A program made the position numbers and the translations under genes. A model generated the notes under the pieces. It was given only the letters and a program-made list of their open reading frames with translations, was not told the origin of the DNA and did not search any database. From Candidatus Sulfobium sp. (GTDB lineage Bacteria; Nitrospirota; Thermodesulfovibrionia; Thermodesulfovibrionales; UBA6898), in the NCBI GenBank assembly GCA_037380845.1, contig JARRRI010000051.1:30120-68745 (forward strand): a stretch of 38,626 nucleotides of DNA, in the 5' to 3' direction. Numbering within the stretch: the stretch's first letter is position 1; each line of letters begins with the position of its first letter. Below are positions 9,322 through 18,801 of the stretch, in pieces.

Positions 9322-10128
9322 TCAGCAGGAGATGCTCTGCACCGATCCGCCGTCTACCCGCAGGTTTGCCCCCGTTATGAAGGAGGCCCTCCCTGAGACC
9401 AGGAATACTACGGCCGCCGCTACTTCCTCCGGCAATCCCGGGCGCTCCAGGACAATGCCCGGCCTGAACTCTTTCATGAAAACCGCTACGGCTTCTTCGA
9501 CATTGATGCCCCGCTTCCGCGCCTCTTTCTCCAAAAGGCCTTCCACGAGTTTCGTCCGGATAGTGGCGGGTGAGACGGCGTTGATCAATATATTCTCCCT
9601 GCCGTATGCCTTGGACAGGCTTTTGGTGAGGTTGAGAACGGCGGCCTTTGCTGAATTATAATGAGGCATCAGGGGATCGGGCTGTATGCCCGATTCCGAG
9701 GCTATGTTCACTATCCTTCCGAATTTCTGCCTTCTCATATAGGGGAGCGCGGCCCGGGTCATCCTCACTGCAGACATGACATTGAGGTCGATCACCTTGC
9801 TCCAGTCGTCATCGGTGAGTTCCTCGAAGGGAGAAAAACCGCCGATTCCCCCGACATTATTGACGAGTATGTGAATGGTCCTGAAGTTCGTTATGATTTC
9901 ATCTACAAAGTGCCTGACATCTTCCGGTTCGGTCATGTCGGCCGAAAGGGCGAGGACTTCCGCGTTGGAGCTCCGTATCTCTTCGGAGGTTCTTCTAAGG
10001 TCGTCCTTTCCCCTTGCCGCTATGGCAACCCTGCATCCTTCCTTTGCCAGAGCCAGGGCTACTCCCCTGCCTATTCCCCGGCTTCCGCCGGTGACGACGG
10101 CCACTTTATCCTTGAGTCCCAGTTCCAT
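9322..10128 (-). CDS. Short-chain dehydrogenase/reductase (SDR)
   Basis: TGGSRGIG, LVNNVG, YNSAK and VDGG motifs. Start placed at the ATG at 10128, after an AGGAGG RBS. Confidence 0.92.
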   Translation of the reverse strand: MELGLKDKVAVVTGGSRGIGRGVALALAKEGCRVAIAARGKDDLRRTSEEIRSSNAEVLALSADMTEPEDVRHFVDEIITNFRTIHILVNNVGGIGGFSPFEELTDDDWSKVIDLNVMSAVRMTRAALPYMRRQKFGRIVNIASESGIQPDPLMPHYNSAKAAVLNLTKSLSKAYGRENILINAVSPATIRTKLVEGLLEKEARKRGINVEEAVAVFMKEFRPGIVLERPGLPEEVAAAVVFLVSGRASFITGANLRVDGGSVQSISC

Positions 10129-10167
10129 GACATCCCTCCTGTGCATGTAATCTTGCCGGGGCACTAC

Positions 10168-11157
10168 TCACTCGTACTCCTCCCTTTTCACCAATCCCTT
10201 CAGGGGGCCGCCGTCGAGATAACTCCGCACGTTTTCGGCCGCTCGTCGTGCCCCTTTCAGCATCGCTCCTTCCACTATGGCGGAGTTATGAGGAGATCCC
10301 AGCGCGTTAGGCAGTTCCAGAAGGGGGTAGTTCAGGCAGAATTCTCCCGTCTTGAAAGGCTCGAACCACCAGGCGTCGATGCCGACCTTGAAGTCGGTAT
10401 TGTCCCTGACGTGTTCGTAGAGGGCTTTTTCGTCGATGATATCGCCTCTGGCGACATTTATGAGTATGGCGTCCGGTTTCATCAGGCTGAGCTCGCGCCG
10501 GCCGATGATACCCCGCATCTGTTTCTTGAGGGGCAGGGAAACGACGATGACGTCCGATGTGCTCAGCACACGGTCGAGGTCCCTGATTGTGCCCACAAAC
10601 CTGACAGGGTCGGCGGTGGCGCCGCTTGTGTTTATCGCCTGTATGGCGACTCCCATGGCCCGCATCAGCCGGCCCGTTGCCCTGCCCACCCCTCCAAAAC
10701 CGATGATTCCGCAGATTGATCCCCGCAGCATCCGGTTCGGACTGAGCTGGTCGAACTCGCCTTCCAGGAGCTTGCGGTGCTTTGACACGAGATTTTTTGC
10801 AAGGGCAAGAGTCAGTGCGAGGACATGTTCGGCCATCGGTTCGGCGTAGGCTCCGGTATTGGAGGCTATGATTAAATCCCGCGGCAGTTTGTCGAAAGGC
10901 AGATGGTCTGCACCCGCTGAGAGGAGCTGGAGCAGACGCAGCCGGTCGATTTTTCCGAATTCTTCCGGTTTCAGTTCCCTTGCCGGATCCCATGTTAGCA
11001 TGACTCCGGCAGAAGTAAGGGCCTTCTCCCGGTTTTTTGCAGAGGCGTCCTTAAGGAAAGTAATAGCCGCTCCCTGTCCGAGAACTTCCCTGAACAGACT
11101 ATGTGCGCCTTCCGGCGGCCTGAATGTTACAACGATGTTATGTCCTCTGTCTTTCAT
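10168..11157 (-). CDS. D-isomer-specific 2-hydroxyacid dehydrogenase
   Basis: SAGADH, AEHVLA, GIIGFGGVG, INVARG, DAWWFEP and SPH give the Arg/Glu/His catalytic set. Confidence 0.92.
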   Translation of the reverse strand: MKDRGHNIVVTFRPPEGAHSLFREVLGQGAAITFLKDASAKNREKALTSAGVMLTWDPARELKPEEFGKIDRLRLLQLLSAGADHLPFDKLPRDLIIASNTGAYAEPMAEHVLALTLALAKNLVSKHRKLLEGEFDQLSPNRMLRGSICGIIGFGGVGRATGRLMRAMGVAIQAINTSGATADPVRFVGTIRDLDRVLSTSDVIVVSLPLKKQMRGIIGRRELSLMKPDAILINVARGDIIDEKALYEHVRDNTDFKVGIDAWWFEPFKTGEFCLNYPLLELPNALGSPHNSAIVEGAMLKGARRAAENVRSYLDGGPLKGLVKREEYE

Positions 11158-11220
11158 ATTCCGGAATCATTTGTTTTGAGACGGGGCTGGTAAAATAAAG
11201 GAATGCTCCGTTTAATATAA

Positions 11221-11248
11221 AGTGTAATCCGTAGAATAACGCTGTCAA
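11221..11248 (-). promoter_or_regulatory. Candidate sigma70 promoter of the dehydrogenase pair
   Basis: Minus strand reads TTGACA, 16-bp spacer, TACACT, about 65 bp upstream of the ATG at 11157. Confidence 0.5.
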
Positions 11249-11537
11249 GCCCTGGAATTTGTGGAATGTAGATGTCAAAGGGACTGGACATTAGAACTCA
11301 TCTCAAAATCCGAATATCATCGCAGGTACTGGTATAGGGCGTCATAATTCCCTTTACATAAGCATTCGATAAAATCCTCTTCTGGTCATTTCGTAGTTAG
11401 TAGTCGGGAACCCATTGTCTTTAACACAAACACCTGGATTCCCGCCCCTGGTCGCGCCGCCTGTTCCACAGACCGGAAGGGAGATGCCCTGTACCGGGGA
11501 AAGGTCAAATTATCTGAAAAGCTGTCTGATAAAAAAG

Positions 11538-13259
11538 CTACTTTCTCTCCAGCAACTTCCGCAGGTCGCTCAAGCTCCTCGTGTTGAGCACGTCTTTACG
11601 CTCCAGCCATCCGCGACGGGCCTGTCCAATGCCGAAACGCATGAAATCAAGGTCATTAGTGCTGTGCGCGTCGGTGGAGATCGAGACCTTTACCCCGGTG
11701 TCTTTCGCCATTTTGCAGTCCATGTCATTGAGGTCAAGGCGGTCGGGATGGGAGTTCAATTCCATGAAACACCCTCTTTCCCTGGCAGCCCGCATGACCT
11801 TCTCCATGTCCAGTTCATAAGGCCTGCGCTCATTGATCAGCCTTCCGGTCGGATGGGAGAAGACGCCGAAATAAGGATTGTCCATTGCCCGGATGACGCG
11901 CTCAGTCTGCTTGTCTCGCGAAAGGTTGAACTTGTAGTGGACCGAGCAGACTACCAGGTCCAGTTCTTCCAGGACCTCGTCGGGAAGGTCCAGGGACCCG
12001 TCATCGAGAATGTCGAGTTCTATGCTCTTGAGTACGGTAATTCCGTGGAGTCGGGAGTTGAGGCGGTCGATTTCCCTGTTCCGTTTGATCACATCCCTGG
12101 CCTTGAGTCCTCTGGCCACCGTGACGTGTTTTGAATGCTCCGTGATGGCGACATACTCGTAGCCCTTCTTCTTTGCCGCCTCCACCATCTGTTCGAGACT
12201 GGCCCTTCCGTCAGTAAGGCTGGTATGGACGTGGAGGTCGCCCCGGACGTCATCCAGAGTAACAAGAGAGGGGAGCGAGCCATCCCGGGCCGCTTCGACC
12301 TCTCCCCTGTCTTCCCTGAGTTCGGGCGGTATGAAGGGCAGGTCCACCTGCCGGTATACTTCTTCCTCCGTCTTCCCGGCGATCCTCTTGCGACCCCTGA
12401 ACACTCCGTACTCGTTTATCTTCAACTTCTTCTTTACCCCCAGCGTCCTCACTGCAATGTTATGCGCCTTGGAGCCGGTAAAATAGTGAAGGGCGGCCCC
12501 GTAACTCTCCTGGGGAACCACCCTGAGGTCTACGTGGAGTCCGGAGCGAAGCTGGACAGTGGAACGCGTTGTGCCTTCCGAAATCACCTTCGCCACGTCC
12601 TCGTAATGAACGAACCGGTCCATTATGTCCGAATTGTCAGCGGCCGTTGCGAGGATGTCCAGATCACCCACGGTCTCCCTTCTGCGACGGTAGCTTCCGG
12701 CTACGGCGATCTCCTTCACCCCCTTTCCTTTTTTGAGGTAATCGACAAAAGGCTCCGCAATCTGCTCGGCCACAACGAGCTTGATCCTTTGTTCAACCCC
12801 CTTTATCTGTTCTACTTCTTCCAGGATACTCTTTTCGGTCTTCTCGCCGAAGCCGGCGATTCCCCTTATCTTTTCGTCCATCGCGGCTTTCTTCAGATCT
12901 TCCAGGGTGCGGATACCCAGGGCCCTGTGGAGGGCTTTTACCTTTTTGGGGCCCAGACCCTGTATTTTCATCAGACCGCTCAACTCCTCCGGGGTCTCCG
13001 TTTTCAGTTCTGCGAGTAACGAGAGAGTGCCTGTCTCGACTATCTCGACCATCTTCCCCGCGAGGTCTTTCCCGACACCGGCCAGTCTGGACAGGTCTTC
13101 GTCGTTCTTTACCATGTCCGCAACGCTTTGAGACAGTTCCCCCACGGTGCGGGCCGCATTACGGTAGGCGCGTATCCTGAACTGGTTGGCCCCCTGAATT
13201 TCCAGAAGGTCTGCTATTTCGTTGAATATGTCTGCTATGTCGGAATTATGTATGGGCAA
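11538..13259 (-). CDS. polX: DNA polymerase X / PHP-domain 3'-5' exonuclease
   Basis: FRIRAY, GLGPKK HhH, GSYRRRRETVGDLDIL (both Asp intact), VDLRV and YFTGSKAHN; PHP motifs DLHVHT, ITEHS and STDAH. Probable TTG start at 13259. Confidence 0.95.
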   Translation of the reverse strand: MPIHNSDIADIFNEIADLLEIQGANQFRIRAYRNAARTVGELSQSVADMVKNDEDLSRLAGVGKDLAGKMVEIVETGTLSLLAELKTETPEELSGLMKIQGLGPKKVKALHRALGIRTLEDLKKAAMDEKIRGIAGFGEKTEKSILEEVEQIKGVEQRIKLVVAEQIAEPFVDYLKKGKGVKEIAVAGSYRRRRETVGDLDILATAADNSDIMDRFVHYEDVAKVISEGTTRSTVQLRSGLHVDLRVVPQESYGAALHYFTGSKAHNIAVRTLGVKKKLKINEYGVFRGRKRIAGKTEEEVYRQVDLPFIPPELREDRGEVEAARDGSLPSLVTLDDVRGDLHVHTSLTDGRASLEQMVEAAKKKGYEYVAITEHSKHVTVARGLKARDVIKRNREIDRLNSRLHGITVLKSIELDILDDGSLDLPDEVLEELDLVVCSVHYKFNLSRDKQTERVIRAMDNPYFGVFSHPTGRLINERRPYELDMEKVMRAARERGCFMELNSHPDRLDLNDMDCKMAKDTGVKVSISTDAHSTNDLDFMRFGIGQARRGWLERKDVLNTRSLSDLRKLLERK

Positions 13260-13392
13260 GGTTTCCCCCCGGATTATTAACAGTACAATCATCAGGTCTC
13301 AAAATATTCATTTAAGAATTTATTCCCCTTTATGTGTTATCGCGGAGAATTTTGGCCGGGACTGTCTGCCGGCAGGTATCCATTTTAAATTT

Positions 13393-13417
13393 GATTCCCG
13401 TCTCCGCGGGAATGACG
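13393..13417 (-). repeat. CGTC-tagged REP-like palindrome (ATTCCC-N8-GGGAAT)
   Basis: Minus strand reads CGTCATTCCCGCGGAGACGGGAATC, a 7-bp stem ATTCCCG/CGGGAAT, in the prs-polX intergenic gap. Confidence 0.7.
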
Positions 13418-13446
13418 ATAGAAGCGTCCGAACATATCCAGGGGTT

Positions 13447-14544
13447 TCATGTTGCATAAAACAGGTCGTTCACCGACTGGTTGTAATGGATCCGGTTGAT
13501 GACCCTGCTGAAGGTATCGGACACTGAACGCACGGAAAGAAACTTCAGCGCCCTGAAATCATGTGACTGAGGGATAGTGTCCGTCACCACAACCTCTTTG
13601 AGGTTGAATGACTCATGGAGTTCGATCAGCTTCCCCAGAGCACTTTGACTGCAGAGATTGTGTGATACCGCCAGGTAGACCTCTCCAACTTTCTTTTCTG
13701 CTGCGAGCTTAGTGATCAGCTGATGGACAGTGTCACCGCTGCTGATCATGTCGTCCAGCACTATCGCGGTCTTTTTTCCCCTGAAATCCCCGATGATCTC
13801 TGAAACCGCGGCCTTTTCGGGTTCCGGGCGGTATTTCGATGCGATCGCACACTTAAGGCCGAGTTCACGTCCGAAGTAGGTTACCATCTTTGACGCACCG
13901 GCGTCCGGCGCGACCGCTATCACGTCGTCCCTCTGCCGGAAACGGCGGAATTCCCCTGCGAATATCCCAAGGGGATCGAGTTTGTCGACGGTAATGTTGC
14001 CGTAGAAGCCCCGGGTCTGATCGGTGTGAGGGTGCCACGTCACAAGCCTGTCTGCCCCGGAAGTACTGCAAAGGTCGGCCATCAGCCGTGCGGTCGAAGG
14101 TTCGCGCGTCGACCATGTGGGCTTGTCCTGCCGGGAGTACGCCAGGTAAGGCAGGACGGCGGTCACATGGCCGGCTCCCCATGAGCGGAAGGTCTTTGCG
14201 GCTATCAGGAAAGCCATATAGTTCTGGTCGACGCTCCGGCCCGATAGGGGGTCATAGAGGGCCTGAAAGAGAAAGACATCTGCGCCGCTGACATCCTCCG
14301 GCAACCTGACGCAGGTTTCGCCGTCGGAAAACTGAAAGTCTATATTTCCCATATACCGGATCTCATGTTTTTCACCTGCCTTACGGGCAAGTTCCCGGTA
14401 TCGTTTGAGGACCATTGACGAAAGAAGGCCTCCCGAGCGGCATCCGGCAATGACCAGTTCCCCGCGCGGCGGGCCGGTCCCCCGTGTGGCGGTCCTTCCA
14501 GCGGTAAAGAAAATGCCTTCGCTCGTGCCGGGCCCGGGGTCCAT
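13447..14544 (-). CDS. prs: Divergent ribose-phosphate pyrophosphokinase-family protein
   Basis: FSDGE, VLPYLAYSRQDK, APDAG, LDDMISSGDT, SH and VTDTIP motifs. The canonical DLH is replaced by WHPH. Start overlaps the pncB stop (TAATG). Confidence 0.88.
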   Translation of the reverse strand: MDPGPGTSEGIFFTAGRTATRGTGPPRGELVIAGCRSGGLLSSMVLKRYRELARKAGEKHEIRYMGNIDFQFSDGETCVRLPEDVSGADVFLFQALYDPLSGRSVDQNYMAFLIAAKTFRSWGAGHVTAVLPYLAYSRQDKPTWSTREPSTARLMADLCSTSGADRLVTWHPHTDQTRGFYGNITVDKLDPLGIFAGEFRRFRQRDDVIAVAPDAGASKMVTYFGRELGLKCAIASKYRPEPEKAAVSEIIGDFRGKKTAIVLDDMISSGDTVHQLITKLAAEKKVGEVYLAVSHNLCSQSALGKLIELHESFNLKEVVVTDTIPQSHDFRALKFLSVRSVSDTFSRVINRIHYNQSVNDLFYAT

Positions 14545-16103
14545 TATCGGAAGCGCGTCCCTTCCTGAATTACCGTCTCAATCAGTTCCTGTTTCAGTTT
14601 CCACAGCCTCCCAGTCAGCGAGACGTGATAGATGTGAGGATTTACAAGCCGCTTTACTCCGGCGTCCAGCCTCTCCACGTCGGCCCGGCGAACGGCACGC
14701 ATGTCCTCTATGGTGGGCATATCTCCGAGCACCGTGCCCTTCTTGAGTACGTCCTTCAGGAGGGGCTCGATTTCAATATCGGCGGTATCAATTGTGCGCT
14801 GCCTGCTTTCCTCGAACGGGTGGCGCAAAGTTATTTTGTGCGCTGACTCCGGATTTTCATCATGTACTCCCAGCAGGTCGGCGATGGCCCTTCCTCTTCG
14901 GTCGTAAATTCTCCAGACATTCTTATGCCCGGGATTGAGAGTCTTTTCCGGGGTTTCGGATATCTTGAGGGCGGGTGTCCAACTGCCGTCCTCTTCGACG
15001 GCCACAAGCTTGTAAACCCCGTCCAGGGCCGCCTTGCCGTAAGACGTGATCAGACGGGTACCGACTCCATATGCCAGGCGGCCGACGAGATGGTCCGGGT
15101 CGACGCCGTAGCGTCGAGCCTCCGCTTCTATCTGGCTTATGATCTGCCATATGACAAGTTCGTCCAGATTGTTGGACAGGACTATCGTGGTGTCGGGAAA
15201 GCCGGCATCGTTCAACATCTTTGCCGCCTGGATGCTCAGATATGCCAGGTCCCCCGAATCCAGACGTATGCCGACGGGCCTGTGGCCTTTCCGTTTGAGC
15301 TCTTCGAATACCCTGATGGCATTGGGGATGCCGCTTTCAAGGGTATTGACCGTGTCTACAAGAAGCAGGCAGTCATCGGGGTAAACATCGGCATAGGCCC
15401 GGAAGGCCCCGATTTCTCCCTCTCCCAGGGCCATGAATGCCTGCACCATGCTGTGGGCATGTGTTCCCTTTGGTGGGTATCCAAGCACATGAGAGATGCC
15501 GACATTCGAGCTGAAGTCGGCGCCGCCGATGAGTGCCCCCCGGACGCCGGCGTTTGCGCCTTTGTCCTGGGCACGTCTCAATCCGAACTCTATCATCAGC
15601 CTTCCGCGGCCGCTTTCCCGGATACGGGCCGCCTTGGTTGCTATCAGCGTCTGGTAATTGAGGTGGTTGAGGAGGGATGTCTCAAGGATCTGTGCCATGG
15701 GCAGGGGACCCTGCACGACCGCCAGGGGGACATTGGGATGTACTACCCTGCCTTCCGGTATCGCCTGAATGGTGATGCCGCCGAAGTTTCCATTGGTCCT
15801 CAGCCATTTAAGGAAATCGTCTCCGAAGACACTTTTACCCCCCGCCCCTCTCTGTGCGCGGAGATAGTCTATGTCGCTGTCGCTGAAACGCGCCTCCTCC
15901 ATCCAGTCCAGAAGCCATTCCATCCCGGCGTTTATGCAGTATCCCGCCTGATGGGCACCGTAGTCGGGATATTTCCTGAAGAAGTAATCAAACTGGGCCT
16001 TTTTCTCATGCAGACCGGTGCGATAATAGAGCTGGGCCATGGTGAGCTGATACTCGTCTGTGAAGAGTGCGCCTTCCGCCGTCCCGCGGTCGCGCGGCTT
16101 CAT
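14544..16103 (-). CDS. pncB: Nicotinate phosphoribosyltransferase
   Basis: [26 protein letters not shown] (phospho-His motif), LVDT, IRLDSGD, GVGT and VYKL, with a GAGG RBS. Confidence 0.93.
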   Translation of the reverse strand: MKPRDRGTAEGALFTDEYQLTMAQLYYRTGLHEKKAQFDYFFRKYPDYGAHQAGYCINAGMEWLLDWMEEARFSDSDIDYLRAQRGAGGKSVFGDDFLKWLRTNGNFGGITIQAIPEGRVVHPNVPLAVVQGPLPMAQILETSLLNHLNYQTLIATKAARIRESGRGRLMIEFGLRRAQDKGANAGVRGALIGGADFSSNVGISHVLGYPPKGTHAHSMVQAFMALGEGEIGAFRAYADVYPDDCLLLVDTVNTLESGIPNAIRVFEELKRKGHRPVGIRLDSGDLAYLSIQAAKMLNDAGFPDTTIVLSNNLDELVIWQIISQIEAEARRYGVDPDHLVGRLAYGVGTRLITSYGKAALDGVYKLVAVEEDGSWTPALKISETPEKTLNPGHKNVWRIYDRRGRAIADLLGVHDENPESAHKITLRHPFEESRQRTIDTADIEIEPLLKDVLKKGTVLGDMPTIEDMRAVRRADVERLDAGVKRLVNPHIYHVSLTGRLWKLKQELIETVIQEGTRFR

Positions 16104-16143
16104 GTCGGACCTCCTCTGCCTTTCTTTTGACCCGCAGGCACCA

Positions 16144-16881
16144 TCAGAGTCCCTCCGTCATGTCCTGCAGGTTCCGGGCATCGACTGCGGCATAACCGGC
16201 CTCGTCGTTATCGAAGTAGCAGTAAACCGTCTTCCCCTGTGTCACCCATGTCGAGATTGCGCCTGCCCAGCCTGCAAGCTGCCGGACACTGTATTGTCCC
16301 CGATACGGCCCGTCGGGGCCGTGGAGACGTATATAGACAAGGTCGGTCGTTACCATCTTCGGCGATTGTCTTCCGTCCAGGTCATAGATGCAGAAGGCTG
16401 CTCCATGTTCTTCCAGAAGGGCATAGACTTTCCGGTCAAACCAGCTCGGATCGCGGAACTCGAAGGTATATCGGTATTTCTTCGGTAACAAGGTCAGGAA
16501 GGAGTCGAGCCGCCCGGTGTTCACATTCCACCGGGGAGGCAGTTGAAAGAGGACCGGGCCCAGCTTGTCCCCGATCATGTCTATCTTCTCAAGGAATGTA
16601 TTGAGAGGCTTTTCCGCGTCCTTCAGTTTTTTCATGTGCGTAATATACCGGCTGCCCTTGACAGCGAATATAAATCCTGCAGGTACGGTCTCTTTCCATT
16701 CCCGGAGCGTCTTCTCATGCGGTATCTGATAGAAGGAGTTATTGATTTCAACGGTGGAGAATCGGTCGGCGTAATATTTCAACAGAGAGCTGTCCGGCAG
16801 GTCTTCAGGGTAAAATGGACCCTTCCAGTGTTCGTAATGCCACCCCGAGGTGCCGATATGAATCCTGTTTCCTTTTTTCAT
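16144..16881 (-). CDS. DUF72 (YecE-like) protein
   Basis: [45 protein letters not shown] and YFDND motifs. Confidence 0.92.
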   Translation of the reverse strand: MKKGNRIHIGTSGWHYEHWKGPFYPEDLPDSSLLKYYADRFSTVEINNSFYQIPHEKTLREWKETVPAGFIFAVKGSRYITHMKKLKDAEKPLNTFLEKIDMIGDKLGPVLFQLPPRWNVNTGRLDSFLTLLPKKYRYTFEFRDPSWFDRKVYALLEEHGAAFCIYDLDGRQSPKMVTTDLVYIRLHGPDGPYRGQYSVRQLAGWAGAISTWVTQGKTVYCYFDNDEAGYAAVDARNLQDMTEGL

Positions 16882-16899
16882 GGTCGCAGCTTTTCACAT

Positions 16900-17325
16900 C
16901 TAATAACTGAAGCGCACGTATCTGACAATGATGGCGGCGATTAGTCCTATAACGAGTATCCAAAAGAAAAGGTCGAAGACAACTATCGCAATAGCTTTTT
17001 CCTCTGCCTCCCTGGCCCTGGCGCTCTGCATGCTCCTTGAAAGGGGAATGAGAGCTGTCAGAAGGAGAGCAAAGAGCAGACCGACGATAACATAGGAGAC
17101 CCATGACACTCCGGGCAGCGAAGCAGCCGGCGTTATCCAGACCCCTGCAGCCCAGGTCGCCAGAAACAGAATAACGAAGAACACCAGGACGACCGGCCAT
17201 GTCCGTTGTTTTCTGAATCCCACGGCAAATACGGCTGTGAGAACAAGGGTAATCACAAGGACGTAAAAAAGATCCAGAAAAATCAAAGCCACCTCCCCGG
17301 GCTTCAGGCCAAACAGACTTTCCAC
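16900..17325 (-). CDS. Small integral membrane protein (about 4 TM helices), unknown function
   Basis: Four hydrophobic segments; first gene of the co-oriented run DUF72-pncB-prs. Confidence 0.75.
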   Translation of the reverse strand: MESLFGLKPGEVALIFLDLFYVLVITLVLTAVFAVGFRKQRTWPVVLVFFVILFLATWAAGVWITPAASLPGVSWVSYVIVGLLFALLLTALIPLSRSMQSARAREAEEKAIAIVVFDLFFWILVIGLIAAIIVRYVRFSY

Positions 17326-17353
17326 GCCCGTTTAAAGCCTTGCCCGTCAATTC

Positions 17354-17382
17354 CTTTTAGCAATTTTCGACTTGATTGTCAA
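17354..17382 (-). promoter_or_regulatory. Candidate sigma70 promoter of the membrane protein-DUF72-pncB-prs operon
   Basis: Minus strand reads TTGACA, 17-bp spacer, TAAAAG, with an extended -10 TG. Confidence 0.45.
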
Positions 17383-17470
17383 GGAAGGGAAAGCCCTTTT
17401 TATGAGATGCTGACAGCTTGCAAGAGCTGCCGGGAATATGCAATGACCTGGACTGCGGCGAGTCTTTCCG

Positions 17471-17827
17471 TCACTGTCCGGAACGGCCCGGAATTTTGAC
17501 GGAAAGCGCCGGATTTTCAGATCGGATGGTACCCCGGTCAATACTCCGTGATTCCCTCATGTGCAAAAGTACCATCGGCATTCTGAAATTGATGCCCTCC
17601 TCCATCCTCACCTTTATATAGAAATTGCATTTCCCGCAGTTCCTGTATTTCCGGGCAAAAGAACCCTGAACCTCTCCGCCGCAGAAAGTGCCGGCCACTA
17701 CCCAGCATGACCTGCCTGCGTTTTTGCCGCCATGAACTCCTTCGAGCCCTTCTTCGATCGATGCAGGACAGACCCCGAGTTCGGAAGCAGAAACTCCGCC
17801 CTGTTCCCTCCCGCATTTCATGAATTC
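17471..17827 (-). pseudogene. Two-CW-type cysteine-rich domain protein, 5'-truncated
   Basis: EF-MKCGRE...GVCPA...HGGKNAGRSCWVVAGTFCGGEVQG...CGKCNFY. The first NCW motif that normally precedes EFxKC is missing, and no RBS precedes the ATG. Confidence 0.6.
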
Positions 17828-17862
17828 CGGACGAAGGGTTGTGGCAACCCGGGTTAGACTCT

Positions 17863-18053
17863 GGTGCCTGCGCCGATCTTCCAGCAGGATGTGATTATCT
17901 ACCTCCCTGAGCTATGTCATGGAGAGTCCGCCCGGTAATGGCTGAACGGGATTCTGTCCGGTGCCTGCGCCGATCTTCCAGCAAGATGTGGTTATTTACC
18001 TTCCCGGGCTATGTCCTGGAGAGTCCGCCCGGTAAGGGCTGAACGGGATTCTG
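17863..18053. repeat. Diverged tandem duplication (two 94-bp copies, period 97 bp) of the ligD-PE 3' end and downstream DNA
   Basis: 17863-17956 vs 17960-18053 aligned by hand: 8 mismatches in 94 bp, no indels. Confidence 0.95.
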
Positions 18054-18585
18054 AAGAGATTATATCGAGTCCGGGCGCCGCTTCCTCATCTTTCATCTTC
18101 ACAAGAAGCCACTGTCTGCTGTTTTCCTTCCGGAACCTGGTGAGGGAGTAGCCGCCTTTGAGTTTGCTTCCGTCGAGCCATACGGTGATATGTCCTTTTG
18201 AGAAGCACTCACCCATCGGGACTTCGAAGTCGCCTTTTTTCTTCAGGTTGCGGTAAGTTCCGGTATCCCAGACCATGACCGTTCCCGCGCCGTATTCGCC
18301 CTCAGGGATAGTACCTTCGAAACCGGCATATTCAAGAGGATGGTCCTCGGTCTCGACAGCCAGTCTTTTGTCAGCGGGGTCGACCGAAGGCCCTTTCGGC
18401 ACGGCCCATGATTTCAGGACGCCGGCCACTTCCAGGCGCAGATCGTAGTGCAGATGGCTGGCGTCGTGTTTCTGTATGACAAATATGGGTTTACCGTCCG
18501 GCCTTTTCCTGCCCCCAGCGGGCTCGGCAGTGCGGCGAAAATCCCTTTTCTCCTGATATTCGGCAAGAGGCTTCTTCCTTGTCAT
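17992..18585 (-). CDS. Stand-alone LigD 3'-phosphoesterase (PE) domain protein
   Basis: [60 protein letters not shown] and WDTG. No ligase or polymerase domain. ATG at 18585 follows GGAGGA. Confidence 0.93.
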   Translation of the reverse strand: MTRKKPLAEYQEKRDFRRTAEPAGGRKRPDGKPIFVIQKHDASHLHYDLRLEVAGVLKSWAVPKGPSVDPADKRLAVETEDHPLEYAGFEGTIPEGEYGAGTVMVWDTGTYRNLKKKGDFEVPMGECFSKGHITVWLDGSKLKGGYSLTRFRKENSRQWLLVKMKDEEAAPGLDIISSESRSALTGRTLQDIAREGK

Positions 18586-18654
18586 CAGTCCTCCGTAGTC
18601 CAAAGCGGTTTATTGTCGATATCTTCTGCACGTTTTATCCTTAAAAGCATTTTG

Positions 18655-18783
18655 ACCACGGATTAACACCGATTGATACGGATCCTTCAGAACTTTGAAG
18701 CTTTTTCATCACTCTCCCGAAAAGAGAGACATTGCCACATAAGAACAACTGTTTTTTCGTGGTGGCCCGTGTTCATCCGTGGT
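18655..18783. repeat. About 130-bp element bounded by imperfect inverted repeats (MITE/REP-like)
   Basis: ACCACGGATTAACAC (18655-18669) and GTGTTCATCCGTGGT (18769-18783) are 14/15 reverse-complementary. Each arm carries further roughly 9-bp CACGGAT-like subrepeats. Confidence 0.7.
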
Positions 18784-18801
18784 TAACTTTCTCTTGCAGG
18801 C

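Noticed and set aside
13447..16103. Direct assignment as phage NARP1 (Adps/Namat)
   Set aside because: The transferase has PncB-type motifs (EFGLRR, GTHAHS) rather than NAMPT-type, and there is no phage context. Kept only as an analogy.
9661..16130. Long plus-strand ORFs (9661-10719, 11415-12134, 12135-13019, 14862-16130)
   Set aside because: They lie antisense to well-supported genes and have no recognisable motifs; typical of GC-rich coding DNA.
17863..18053. Diversity-generating retroelement template/variable repeat pair
   Set aside because: Mismatches are not confined to adenines of either copy on either strand, and no reverse transcriptase is in the window.
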